Made by a program: the position numbers and the translations under genes. A stretch of DNA of 64,000 bases from Raillietiella orientalis (taxonomy: Eukaryota): assembly GCA_036172245.1 (NCBI GenBank), contig JAYWIR010000004.1, positions 4,092,001 through 4,156,000 of the forward strand, given 5' to 3'. Under the pieces are notes generated by a model. It ran no database searches. It saw only the letters and a list, made by a program, of their open reading frames with translations, and had not been told where the DNA came from. The first letter of the stretch is position 1; each line of letters starts with the position of its first letter. Below are positions 39,321-52,140 of this stretch, in pieces.

Positions 39321-40385
39321 TCTTCCGGATTTGTTGGCAAGAAAAGGGTTCTTCTCGCTGTAGTGCAATGGTTTTTTTGACGATAGGGTGAGCGTGCACT
39401 GCTTTAGCGAGATTTGTAATTTATGTGGTTGTCCATGGTCTTCAAGATGGATATCATTTTCAGTCGATGTCTTTTTTCTTTTTTGCCTTTCAGAAAGCTG
39501 TTTTAAAGCTGCTCATCTGTTATATAACCACCTGTTATTCGGTTCCACGAACATCTAGTGTACCCAGTGCACTTCCGAAAGGAACACTTTTTATGCTTAT
39601 AATTCTTCCATGGAGAGAAAAGTTAAGAGAGCGAAGAAAGTAATTACTTTCTAAGGTTTGAAGAAATCCGTTGCTACAAAATGAGCATTCCTTTTGTGGC
39701 TCATAAAGCTGATAGAAGCTAAATGAGTTGATTAAGGTGATTCTACATTGAGTATGCATTGATTTTTTTCCTTCTCTAGAATGCTTCACTTCTTTTGCAA
39801 AGTGATGAAATGGAATTAATCCAAGTAGACACTTCGCAGTGTGACCAGTTAGATATATAGCGGTTTTATGATATGATCGTAATAGTTGGATTGTTCATTC
39901 TAAAAAAAAAAAAAAAAGGAATATTTCACATTCCACTATCTACTTCTCATAATGGATTACGGCTTCAAGCATTCCACGATCGCAACTTTGGTTTTTCCTA
40001 CAAACATCGATTCATTTCGAATGCCTCATTTCTGGTGCGTATGGGCTGTGCGCGTCTCCCAGCTGTAAACATAACCTTGGCTGCCGTTTGCAAGGATATC
40101 TCCGCCTGCATGTAGTATCCCGTGTACACGTTCATTCGAAGTAAGCGCGATTATGTGTATATCTTAAACAGGGCATAGGATGCAAGTTATTTTTTGATTC
40201 CCACTTCCATTCAAGACAGACTGTTTTTACTTCCTTTTCTTTTTATTGAAAGTTTGGACTTTCCAAACGTTTGGACATTCCTGAAGAAACTCCGATTCTT
40301 TTGTGCATACTCATCATGTATTAGAAGTGCTTCTTATGCTTGTGGCATTCATTCATTCTTCATTCCCTCTAAAAACTTTTCAGTG

Positions 40386-40440
40386 TCATCTTAAATCTTC
40401 ATCGTCTCATCTTAAATCTTCATCGTCTCATCTTAAATCT
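40386..40440. repeat. Perfect 21-bp tandem repeat x2.6
   Basis: TCATCTTAAATCTTCATCGTC repeated. Confidence 0.95.
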
Positions 40441-43323
40441 GGGTCTCGAAAGCACTCGGAGACATCATTTCTTCGAGTCACATAAACCACAGGAGCTAAA
40501 ATCACAGAAATGCAAAAGAGTTCCTCATTGACTTTCCTGAAAATATGTACACCAGTCGAAAACTGAAGAATTACAGACTTCAGGTAAAAGCACCTCTTCC
40601 AAACTGGAAACTATGCATCGAGCATCAAGTCTAAGTAGCAAAAAAACTTTCGGAGCCAAACCTAGCAAAGAACAAGTTCTGCATACAACTCTTTATTCGT
40701 AGCACTTGGGTAAATGACCCACAAAAACTTGGTCCTTCCCTGTCCTTCGTGTTTATTATCTTCAGTTGGAATTGTCCCTACTCGTGCTGAAAAAATCCCA
40801 TCCTGTGCGCGTTGCTTTCAGCCATCTGCTCTGTTTCAAGCATCCTCAATGCTTTCTTCCCCTGTAATTCTTTCTGTTTCTCAAGATCTTTCTTTTGTTT
40901 ATGAGGTTTCAGTTCATTTCCACATGACAGATTTTTACTGAAGTGATTCGATGATTGAGGCTTTTGCTTAGAAGATTGATAAATGAAATACGGATAGCTT
41001 TATTTCATAAGTTGATGATTCATTTAGAATTTTTTTTATATGCCCATATATTAGTTTTTTTTTTCCAATTATCGCAAATATGTATTAGTCCCAAAAGGGA
41101 GAGAATTTTTTAGAAATTTTAATTTTAGAATTGCTCTGCGAAAAAATGCAAACTCATTTATAGAACATCAGTCCTGTAGAGATTATTATACACCGTAATT
41201 ACTCTTGCATACGATGACCATTATTGTTTTATTATGAGCACACCTGAAAAACTCAGAATTTGCAATGTTGAGGCGCTTGCACCCATTTCAAAATGAAACA
41301 GATACTTTTTTTGTTCCTCTTCGTTAGCTGGAAAGTAATTTTAGATTCTAAATTTGAAACACCTCTGTTTTATCTTGAAAGGAAGGTAATGATTACATCC
41401 AAGACAGTCAATTGAAGATTTTTCGCATTGATTTGGTTGCAATGGACGAACCATAACAAATGACCACTGCCTCATTCATAACAAATTACAAGTATTGTAT
41501 GGAATAAATAACTAATAAAAAAATTAAGTATCATTAAGTTGCTATATGGGATCAAAAGTTTTTCTTAATAGTGCATCAGAAAGAATAATAAGCTAATAGA
41601 AACACTGATTTTGTATGCTTGGCTGATTGAGGATCACTGTCAGGAACTTGAATGGATACAGTTTGAAGGAAGTATAATGGATCCCAAAAGGATTTTCTTT
41701 GAAATCTCGCTGAAATTGATGGATACCTTAATGAGAAGAATGCTTGTTAAGGGTCAGATTTTTTCTTCTTCTTCTGTTGACCGTCATTTTGATAATCTGG
41801 ACTGCATTGCCATCCTTGGTGGCCATCTTCGTTTCTGTTGAATCCTTACGTCAGCTAACTATCTTGATCCTGAATCTCAAGTTATTAGTTGAAGTCCTTA
41901 GCCTTCTCCTAATTAACACGCTCATAACTGCACAGTTCTCATGGTGTATGTAGAAAAGAAAAAGAAAAAAAAAAACTGATTCTGTTGGAGAAATTCTAAA
42001 CCCCAGAGAATCTAATATCCTGGATGTATTCATGGGCAAAAAATAGCTTCGTCCATCTTTCAAAACTGTTTAAATGAGAATCCGGAAAACAGCTGAGGAG
42101 AATCCAACCCAGCACGATGAAGTGACTGATAAGCATGGCTGCCTTGCAATAAGGAGATTCATCAAGTGTTTTTTCTAAAGAAAATATTGAAATGCAACAA
42201 CTCCAGCTCATGTGGAGCTGTGTGTGCTGCACACAACTCCACAAGAAATGCTGGCAAGGAAGGTAACCACAAAGTTGAGGGTTTCAGCAGATTTAAGTTC
42301 AACCCATTGGTTTCTACGTAACTGTTTATGAAGAGAACTCTGAGTGTGTAGCTGCGGATATTTGAGGATAATGAAAGAGGATATGGATTCTAAAACTAAT
42401 CAATTATCACGCAGCATATTAATAGCCACACAATAGAGGTGCGTTGTTCACTGTGCTGTCTTGTGATTCGATGGGAAACCGAAGCGAGCAGAACCTACAT
42501 CCTTGTAACAGCAAGCTGTTGCTAGCTCAGGTTATTATCAAGCCTCGGAAAACCAGAATATTTGAAGATTACCAATAATGCATACAGCGATTCTGGGAGT
42601 ATCAAAACCGCAAAGATGCTCTTGATGTGAAAGAATGATGAAAGAATGGAGAAACTCATACGATGAAAAAATGGCTATGAAAAAGTGAAAAGTTCTAGTT
42701 TTGATTAGTAAATTTCCATCAGGTTATCATACTTTTATTTTCAAAATAGTAAGGTGAGTTCCCGCAAATTAAGGACAATTATGAACTCAAACCACCGGAT
42801 GGGCATAATACATAGCTTTGAGTAATCAAATTTGAGTACAAAATTTACGGAAACTTAATGGTCCACAAGGCACTCGGTCTTAAGATATCGCCAAAGACTT
42901 CAAATGAAAGAAGAAACTAGTGCTGCTGGATGTCTTGTATGGCTCTGCTCAAGCTGTTCGAAATTTACTTAGAGAAGCTGGTTTATTGTCAAAAATTAGT
43001 ATTAAAGAGAATGAGGATTGGGAACCAGAGATGTGTTTTCTGAAAAATTGCCGATATCGAGCATGCCTTCATGAAACTTGCTAAAAGCGAACCAAGAACG
43101 TGACAAGTTACATGAAAACTGTTGTGCTAATGATTAAAGAATTGACGAATCTAAGTAGTTTGATTTTGATAAAGCATGAATTGAGTGAGATTGCGAAAGA
43201 CAAACAGGATGTCTCGTAGCAATGACGTTTGGGGAATTTTCAAGAACAAGGAATACCTTTCAGTGATGGAAAGATTTGTTTGATGTAGTATTTATAAGGC
43301 TAAATGTCAGGGTATGTGTTAGT

Positions 43324-43440
43324 GTGAATAGGTAGGTAACCAGTTTGGTGAAGAAGGAGATGACAGTGTTGGTGAATGGGGAGGTAACAGGGTTAGTGAA
43401 TAGGGAGATAACAGTGTCGGTGAATAGGGAGGCACAGTCG
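43324..43440. repeat. 24-bp minisatellite x5
   Basis: Units start at 43324, 43348, 43372, 43396 and 43420. Approximate consensus GTGAATAGGGAGGTAACAGTGTTG. Confidence 0.9.
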
Positions 43441-44206
43441 ACCTGGTCTAATAAAAATAGAATATCTATTTTTCTGAATAAAGCTACAGATCCTTTTCTA
43501 CAGATCAAGTATAAAATATTTTACTGAGTTACTGAGAATTCCTTTTTTTTTGTTTATTAAGATGTTTATGCAGTGATGTTTGAGGAATCAGTTCTTGAAA
43601 ATTGCGGTGCTTTATAGCCAAACAGAAATGAATTGTAGCTATTTATTCGAGTGCAAGCTGTAGCACTACAAAATATGTGTAGCTCTATGGTTTCTGCCTA
43701 TTGTATTCCTATTCATACCGGAGTGGTAACATTGGCACTATCAAATGTTTACAGAATTTTCCCGTGTTGTTTTTATAGGAAATTCTGGCGCTGCCTCCTT
43801 GTTCCCGGAATAACGTAAAACATGAATTGCGTATGTTTTGAAATATGGTGCATTTTCTATTAATAATGTATTCTTAAGCAAATTTAAATGCTTACATTTA
43901 GATAGCCTTAGAGGACGATATTTATGACCGTTGACACAACTATCAAGTAGTTGACTGGAGAAGCACTTAGACAAATCTTTCAGTAAGTGTTCTTGCTGGA
44001 ATGTTTTAATAATTAATTACAATCTCATTATTAGCGTTGCATATTATAACATAAAAAAGTTCTATTGTTCTAGTAGTATTGTTCTATAATTCGGGAATTC
44101 CGATTTGTTGCTTGTGCTTTTATGTTTATGTCAATAGTGCGTACTTTATCAAAATTGATAGAAAATTTTGTATCAACAGATTTAAATTTGACATTCTCGA
44201 TTCATC

Positions 44207-46244
44207 ATGTTAAATCGAGCAGTTTTGTGCAGACGTGCCTTAAGGTTAGGGTTTCTTGAAAAGTTTCATTCCTAATGTCTTGTTGAAGAATTTATTCACC
44301 AAGTACAAATATACGGTGCTGTGAGAATTATGAAAAAGTGCTAACTTTAGAAAATATGAATCCCTGCATCAAAGTGATGGAATATGCAGTTCGAGGACCC
44401 ATCCCAATGAGAGCTAGGGAAATTGAGAAAGAACTCGAACAGGTAATTGACTTGAGCTTATAGAACATCACTGCATTCTGAAAGTAAAATGCTCTCTTGA
44501 AAGTAATGGTCCCTAGAAAATAGTGAATTTAAGGTTTGTTTTTGGTGATGGTGCATTTTTTTTCCTTTTGAGTAATGACTGTTGGATCTAGTTGTAAAAG
44601 GAGTTATTTTTTTAGGGCATAAGCAAATCATTCAGTGAAATAATTCATTGCAATATTGGTGATGCACATGCAATGGGTCAGAGTCCCATTCTTTTCTTCA
44701 GACAGGTATGCTATCTAGATATGTAACTCATAAGGAATCCACATTTAGGTTTTAGCACTTTGTTGCATGCCTGAGCTATTAGAACATCCTTATTTTCCAG
44801 AAGATACCAAGCAGCGTGCTCGTCGAATTCTGGCTGGCTGTGGTGGATATAGCATAGGAGCTTACAGTGACAGTAAAGGCGTGGATGTTATAAGAAAGTG
44901 GGAAGAAAACTTTAGCAGCGCAACTTGACATGTCTTTGTTAGAGATGTTGCCCAATATATTGAAGAGCGGGATGGAATTCCAGTTGATTCAGAAGCCATA
45001 GTTTTGTGTGCAGGAGCTTCCTCTAGCATTCGGAGCTGGCTGCAAATGCTTTGTGCTAACAAGGGAAATAAAAAAGTTGGGGTAATGATTCCTGTTCCTG
45101 TGTATCCATTGTATTCAGCTGCCATAGAAGAGCTGAATCTTCATCAGGTAACATTACATGAAATTTTGTATGCTCCACCAAGAATTGGTTATTCCAGATA
45201 GCATATTATTTAGATGAATCTCAAGAATGGGCTCTTAATTTAAGTGATTTGCATGAGGCGTTGGAGCATTCCCAAAAATGCTGTATTCCTCGTGCTTTAG
45301 TGGTTATCAATCCAGGGAATCCAACAGGTGAGCCCTGCATTGAGTGAAATATAAGGTTTTTCAGGCCAAGTCTTGGATAGGACCAATATTGAAGACATCA
45401 TTAAGTTTGCCTATAATCAGCATCTTATCTTATTTGCAGATGAAGTAAGTAAGAAAAACAGCTTTTTTGATGGATGTCTTAGGTTTATCAACATAATGTA
45501 TATGCTGAAGACCGGAGCTTTCATTCCTTCAGAAAAGTGGCTATGGAATTAGGGCCTCCTTATTCCTCCATTGAGATACTGTCTTTCATGTCTATTTCTA
45601 AAGGATTTATGGGTGAATGTGGAGTACGTGGAGGCTACTGTGAGATGTTTAATATGGATCCACAGGTAGTAGCCATGTACTTCAAATGCATATCAGCTGC
45701 ATTGTGCCCCACAGTGTTGGGTCAGGTAAAAATTCTGAAGCTTTTTACAAAATGAATTCATTATCTTATGCAGGTAGTAATGGGAGCACTTGCCAGTCCT
45801 CCAAGACCTGGGGAGCCCTCTTTTGAATATTTTGAACAGCAAAAACGTGATGTTCTGAATTCTTTGAAAGAACGTGCTAAAGTTGTGGCTCAAATGTTGA
45901 ATAGTATCGATGGTGTGACATGTAATCCAGTTCAGGGAGCCATGTATGCCTTCCCATCAATTCATATCCCTGCTGGTGCACAGCAAGCTGCTCAGAAAAT
46001 CAATCAGTTGCCTGATGTGTTCTGGGCAAGGCAGCTGTTGGAAAATACTGGAATCTGTGTAGTTCCTGGCAGTGGCTTTGGACAAAAGCCTGGGACTTTT
46101 CATTTCAGGTGAAGTATGCAACATTGGAGTTTCAGTGATAATTTTTGCTTTAGAACGACAATTTTGCCGCCAATTGAAAAGCTGAAGAGTATGCTGGAGA
46201 AGTTGAGGCATTTCCATCATAGTTTTCTAAAGAAATATCAATGA
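44207..46244 (+). CDS. GPT: Alanine aminotransferase (GPT/ALT), 10 exons: 44207-44244, 44289-44442, 44616-44705, 44749-44897, 44943-45147, 45198-45327, 45365-45444, 45483-45725, 45774-46108, 46154-46244
   Basis: Motifs [56 protein letters not shown], the PLP-lysine motif [15 protein letters not shown], and [22 protein letters not shown]. All introns are GT-AG. The Arg-rich N-terminus may be a mitochondrial presequence; exon 1 is the least certain. Confidence 0.96.
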
Positions 46245-46341
46245 AATCTCCAATTCAATGCTAATTTAAAAAGCAGTGCCTTTTGAGGGAGATGAGCATT
46301 ATCACAATACCTCAGTCACTGGTTTAAATTGTTTTAACTGT

Positions 46342-47049
46342 ATGCACAGTTTTTTAGTGGTTGTCATGATTCTGGCTGCACTATCAAAATTTGCAAGTTC
46401 ATGTTGGAGTCAGAGTTCTCATTTTCCTATTTGGGCCGTGCAAGTTGCTTTGCCTTCTATCCAATGCTCAGCTAACTCTAGATTTAGAAGCACTGTATTC
46501 CCCTTTTTCCAGCACTTGCATAGGTGGCGGAATTTGTCAAGCAAGCATGTACCACAACAGTGCAAACTGATATACACAGGAGAAGCATTCCGATATGCCA
46601 TAGGCTTTCAGTGGTTTGTTGTTTTAGGAAGTACTTTGCTTGCAGCTAGCAGCATATATTTAGCAGTTTGGAATCCGATCAAATTTCCTGTATGTGAAAA
46701 CAAACCACTTCAGTTTGTTGTAAATAGCTGGTGGGAAGTTGCAGTAGCAACCTCTATCTCATGTGTTGTGTTATCAGTTGTTTTTTTCTTTTGCTTGCGT
46801 TACCCTATTCGTATATTATATGATCATAACAATAAGCACTTTATATTTGTGACATGCAGATATGGTTTTGGGCGCAAATTCTCAATAGTGAAACCAGGTT
46901 GTGTGAAACCTGTGTATCCTGAATCACCGACTACACATACGTTGCATTTGGTTAATAATCGATATATGATTTTTTCATCCATAAAATTTGTTTCTCCCAT
47001 TTATTATAATTATCTTACTGGTTATTCGGAAGCACCTGTTGTTGAATAA
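46342..47049 (+). CDS. Intronless TMEM70/TMEM186/TMEM223-like mitochondrial membrane protein (start ATG at 46342 or 46366)
   Basis: Long intact ORF with a presequence-like N-terminus, then LIYTG, two hydrophobic helices, RYPIRILYD and C-terminal FVSPIYYNYLTGY. This is the TMEM70 motif order (LIYTG...YVIRLY...Y.HLMGY). AATAAA overlaps the stop. Confidence 0.7.
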   Translation: MHSFLVVVMILAALSKFASSCWSQSSHFPIWAVQVALPSIQCSANSRFRSTVFPFFQHLHRWRNLSSKHVPQQCKLIYTGEAFRYAIGFQWFVVLGSTLLAASSIYLAVWNPIKFPVCENKPLQFVVNSWWEVAVATSISCVVLSVVFFFCLRYPIRILYDHNNKHFIFVTCRYGFGRKFSIVKPGCVKPVYPESPTTHTLHLVNNRYMIFSSIKFVSPIYYNYLTGYSEAPVVE

Positions 47050-48305
47050 TAAAGAAGATTGTAAGAAAACCATTAATTTATCTCTCCAAAGTTGTGTTTG
47101 TTTGATTGGTAATTCTTTTGACTGCTTTTTTGACGTATGTACCTTTTATGTGATTTTAGGATTCAAATACTTTATGAATGCAAGAAAAAAAAAAAAATTC
47201 ATCTCAATATTAGATTGGTATTACATGAGTGACTGAAAGATGATGAGATAGGTTCCTTTATTTTTTCGTGTAAAATGTTTTTGATAGAAAACAACTAAAA
47301 GCATTTCATGTATATTCTTGGTTCTTTTATCTGAAATATACAACACAATGTTTAAGTGAGTATATGATGGATTGATAATGAGGTGTGGAGATCAAAGACA
47401 AAAATTATATCCATATTTATGAATCAATACATTAACACTAGTTATTTTTATCCTAGAATCACTTATGGAATAAGTGAGAAAAGATAAATGTAGAAAGGGC
47501 AAAGGTTGATTGAGTGCTGTGCTATATAAAGGATTGAGTTGTGAACTTGACAAAGGAGAGGAATTTTGAAAAAGTTCACTTTTTCCAAAAAAGTGTCTTG
47601 TTTCAAAGAAATAGACTGCTGTGATGTGATGGTGATGAACTTGCAACATTCTTGTCATTGAACCAAATGTTTGCAGGCTAAAGTATCAGATACTAGATGC
47701 AGCCAATACTGTGCATTCAAACCAGGGCTTTCATGTAATTTCTCAGAGTAAGTTCAGCACATTAATTTCTGAGAGACTAGAAATTTACTTTAAATAAGTG
47801 CTGATGTTCATTGTCTTATGTCTGTGGCCTTTCTGCCATTTTCTACCAAGATCTGGTTGAGAGTGTTTTCTTCACCTCCTTGCACAAAGTTGTGTTCTGT
47901 AAAATATTTAATTGTTTGCTCTGTGAACTTCACAAATCTTATAAAACTCATCTCTGTTTTTTCTCCTCCCTCTGTAAGTTTTGATAGCATTCGCTTTTAT
48001 CCTAGCCTGAAGATGTGGTAATTGTGTAATCATATGGTAACTAGTATCCTTAATTGTTTATCTTACTGGTGCAAGCACATCAGAAATCAGAATGTTTGGT
48101 ACATGATGTGGATGCATGGGTGCATCTTCTGCACAGGTGTGACACCATATTCTCATAACCAATCAATGAAATTAGTGTGCAGATTCTTTCAAGACTCTCT
48201 TGTAGTCAGCTTGTCAGTCAGGTACATTATTAATCAAAGACCAAATTAACAGCTCTATTATTTCATCAGCCAATCAATCTCAACAAAGATTTAATTCAAA
48301 TAAGA

Positions 48306-48559
48306 AGCTGTGTCAAATAGCTTCTTACCCATTTGCTCTTATAAGAACCAAACTACAAGCAGAAACTATGCTATGTAAAGTGCATTGTGCTTCTACATGC
48401 ACCATGAGCTCATTGTTCCGCCACATCATGCAATCAGAAGGTGTACTGGGATTATATCGAGGAATAACTCCTAATTTCCTCAAAGTTGTCCCTGCTGTAT
48501 CCATAAGTTACGTTGTGTATGAATATATGAGGAATTTGCTCCATATCTCAATGACATAG
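48306..48559 (+). pseudogene. Orphan C-terminal fragment of a Ca-binding mitochondrial ATP-Mg/Pi carrier (SCaMC, SLC25A23/24/25-like)
   Basis: [16 protein letters not shown]...[32 protein letters not shown]. The conserved SCGQ appears as agctgtgtcaa, consistent with a 1-nt deletion. No upstream carrier repeats or EF-hands were seen. Confidence 0.8.
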
Positions 48560-49539
48560 TTAGGGAAAAGCAGTTATGCAGGGCTTGATGCCAGGAGGGA
48601 CCAGTACAGTGATCATTCTGTTGGCCTTTTCCTTTCCATATCAAATTACAGCAATTTCACATCATTACTTTGTAAACAGTTGGTCTCTTCAGGAGCTTCA
48701 GTGCACAGACCCACTGTGGTATTAGCAAAAGAAGGTGGAATCTTGAAAAGCAGGCCTGAGAACGATTTCCCAGGAATAAGGCAATTAGCTAATGAATGAT
48801 ACAGTTTTTTGTTTAGAAGTATATTTATCTAAAAAAATGAACTCCAAAGTACCGAAGTGCATTGTTTTATGTGTCCTTTGGAGTTGCACAGTCACAGTCA
48901 CAGATATCACAATCACAGATATCAGGTGGAGACTTAATTTTATCTGTCGCTTCATAATTCTCAGGTGTACACACTGGAGCCTGTAAACAGGACAAAAAAG
49001 TTAACTCTGCCAGTTCCAAGTTCAGCATCGCAAGAGGAAGAATCTTATGCTAAAATAATTTCAAAGATTGTTATAAGATGAAGCATTTCCATCTCCTTTC
49101 CTTTGAGTTTTCTGAGCTCTCTTTCTCTTTCCACCTCCTTACTTTCTGAAGGTTTGGTTGTTTTCTTTTTGAAAAAAAAAAAAAAAACTGTTGCCTTTTT
49201 TTTTTGTTTGTTTCTGAAAATAAATTTTCGTTTTCTGCCATACTCTTTCAGACTCCTCATTTTGATGAAGTACATAACATTAGAGCGTACCTAGGATACG
49301 GTATCCAATAAGGATTTCAGTAATCGAGTTTTCTACATCTCACACGGTGGCGTGGCGTCAATTTCGCACCCTTTCAAAAATTTCGCGCTTTCTGAAATTG
49401 AACGATGGTCACAGTTGACAAACCGCAACATAGATGCCACTGGTGTGGTCAAGCACAGTGTTTCAAATACGTAAGAAACCTGGGATTCTCCAGGATCTGA
49501 TCGGAAGTTCGTTTTCCATCTTGCAACAGATCTCTCTTG

Positions 49540-52140
49540 CTAACCAAAGAGATATTGAGTGACCAGTTTAACCAAAAGAAATGAATTTTTGATGCTGGTC
49601 TCAAAGGGCGCAACAGTCACAGGTTCTTCATCTTGTACTGAGAACTGTTTTGTTGGCGTAGGTTTGGGGGGCATCTCTCTTTCTCCAACTACATTTTTGA
49701 GGGGGGCTTGAGAATGGTTTTCATTCTCAGCTTGGTGAATCATCATCTTTTGGACATGTGTTCTGGGAGCTGCGAACTTAAGATCAGCCTACAGAGTCTC
49801 TCACGGATGTGAAATGTCCGACGGCACAACCGAGACTTGAAAATGGTTTTCCTATCTGACAAGTGCTCTTCGCGATTAGATTCTTTAACAAGACCGTGGT
49901 CATTTCTAATCCTTTTTTCCTCGTTTACTTCACCCAAGGACCCACAGCTGTTCTCCAGAGAGCACCGAACTCTGTGACCGAACTCTGGCTCTATACCAGC
50001 AGCTTTGGGGAGCAGACACTGTGTGTAGCACACCCGATGTTCGCATTGATTGTCGCAACCACCTCACAGAAGAACGGTTTCAGAGTCTGTTTTAGAGCAT
50101 CTCCTGAACTTGTCATGACTTCGGACTTCTGGAATTTAAACAGAGCTAAGCTCGAACATTCCTTGACTTCCTCATTGATTTCTACTCTCGCTAATGTGGA
50201 GAACAGTCATCGACTTGATCGCTAGTTTCTCTAAAGACCATTGCGATTCTTTTGGTGAATTCTTTAGATCAAGTGTAATTTAATCAGTATATGTTCCTTA
50301 GTATAATTTCCTTTGTTGGAGTAGATTGTCTCCTCAGCATCGATTAATAACTTTCATTCAGATGCCGTTCTGCTTATTCTCTTCCATGTACACATGACTC
50401 TCACTTCGTGGTCATGGTACCTAAACACAAATTTCATCATTACAATTTCATAGAGTATCTTAAGATAGGCGTCGACCGTTTACCTAACTGCAAAGCTGCC
50501 GCCAATTCTTAACATCACCAAACATCTTATGGTATTCTGATTCTGGAGCCTGCGTTTAGCGCTTTTCAGAGCCATGGGAGCCAACAAAAATATCTCCTTA
50601 ATTGTGCTTTAATGCATCCCAGTATGAGATCCCTAATGCCTCGTGATAACATTTCAAAAACTTCTTCCTTCATGTTCGAAGGTAGGATTTGTTGGTGCGC
50701 CCAAGATGAATCGTTTAAAAAGCCATCATTTTCAGTCTGAAGCGGAAACATTCTCAACTTGCAGAGTGATCCATTATAGACACAGAACTGTTCTCATGGA
50801 ATACGCACACCATCTAGAAACGCTGCAATGCTTATACTATCTCTGGGGTGATGCACAACTGAGGAGTAGAAGGAATTGAAGCTGGGAAAGATTCGTGCTG
50901 AACACGGAATATGCACACCATATGGTGCCTGGTTTCACATCAAAAGATGCTTGAAGGTTGTTTGAGAACACAAGGAACAGATGGATGCTGTATTCCCCCT
51001 GGAAGATGAAAGGCTTTATTTCAACTTTTTTGTCAACTCATCAATAATATCGACTCAGTCTATTCATCGAGATTCATTCATTACTTGTGGATTGTCTTGA
51101 CTTCAGCGAATGTGAACCACTATGGCATTCCCAGGAATGTTTACCAGATTCCATGCTTTCAGATGCAGCCAAATACTAGAAAATATCCTGGCAATCTTTT
51201 AAGGTACAGAACCCTCTCTGAGATTCCATTTCAATCTCGAGATGAAAGTGTTTCTCTAACAGTCAGGACTTATTTAATGCTCACTTCGATTATAGGAAAT
51301 CTTGCCACGAGCTAATTAGAATGAAATTCTAATTTGAATAGAACGAATGTCAGCTCAAAATCTCCTTGTGCAGCCCATTTCCAGCATCGTTTGTGATGCT
51401 GGAAATTTCCCTGTTCTTTATGAATCATTCACGCTGCCTTATTATTTGTGCATGTAGCAAGTGCTTTTCTTCTTCCATCATGTGTTGGTTCTTCTCAACA
51501 AGGCCCGCGTTCTCTTTTGGACAGAAATACTTGACGTTGGACGTTTGGTGGAGCCGTTCTCAAAGTTCTTCTGTAGTTTATGGCATTCAAGAGGAACATG
51601 CTGAGCCACTATCACTTGGAGTCAGCGAAATCACCTCGGTCCGTATCTTCTCATTTCACTGTCAGCTGTGTCCACTGTGATAAGCAAGGGATCCTGCGCT
51701 CTGCACAACTGATTTGTAACCATACTCTGGAGCTATTATCTTCTCACTTAGCGGCAGAAAGTGCCTCGCTGCGATTGAGAACTAACATAAAGAAGGCACG
51801 TTTGTTGGCACATATCTCAGGCACTCGCATCAGGCATCACAATCAGTTTGCAGATATACGAGGTGACTGCAGCAGCATCCAGCGTGCATTTTGTTCCTAG
51901 GATTCGAAGTCGGAAATGAGGTATGGTTTCCAAAAGTTTTGCCATACTCGGAATTTTCGTGTGGCAAGATCTGAAGAGGCTGGTCTGCTTGTTGGGAACA
52001 GTCTCCTTTGACTTTTTCTTACACAGTGGTCTGAAGGAGCTATGAGAGATATCATACTGGTGATTTGCTTCGTGAGTGTGATCCATATAAGCAGCATGTG
52101 CTTTTTCCATTTGCAACGTCTTCAGCGAAAGTGAAACCAA
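49540..52140 (-). pseudogene. Decayed coding-like region, unidentified
   Basis: Protein-like minus-strand segments interrupted by stops (ENAGLVEKNQHMMEEEKHLLHAQIIRQRE; MKEEVFEMLSRGIRDLILGCIKAQLRRYF). Confidence 0.25.

Noticed and set aside
39990..40115. Minus-strand GDILANGSQGYVYSWETRT, WD40-like
   Set aside because: A single short match with no neighbouring repeats.
42880..43005. LLDVLYGSAQAVRNLLREAGLLSKI resembling the end of an I-group non-LTR ORF2
   Set aside because: No supporting RT, RNase H or CCHC motif recognised upstream.
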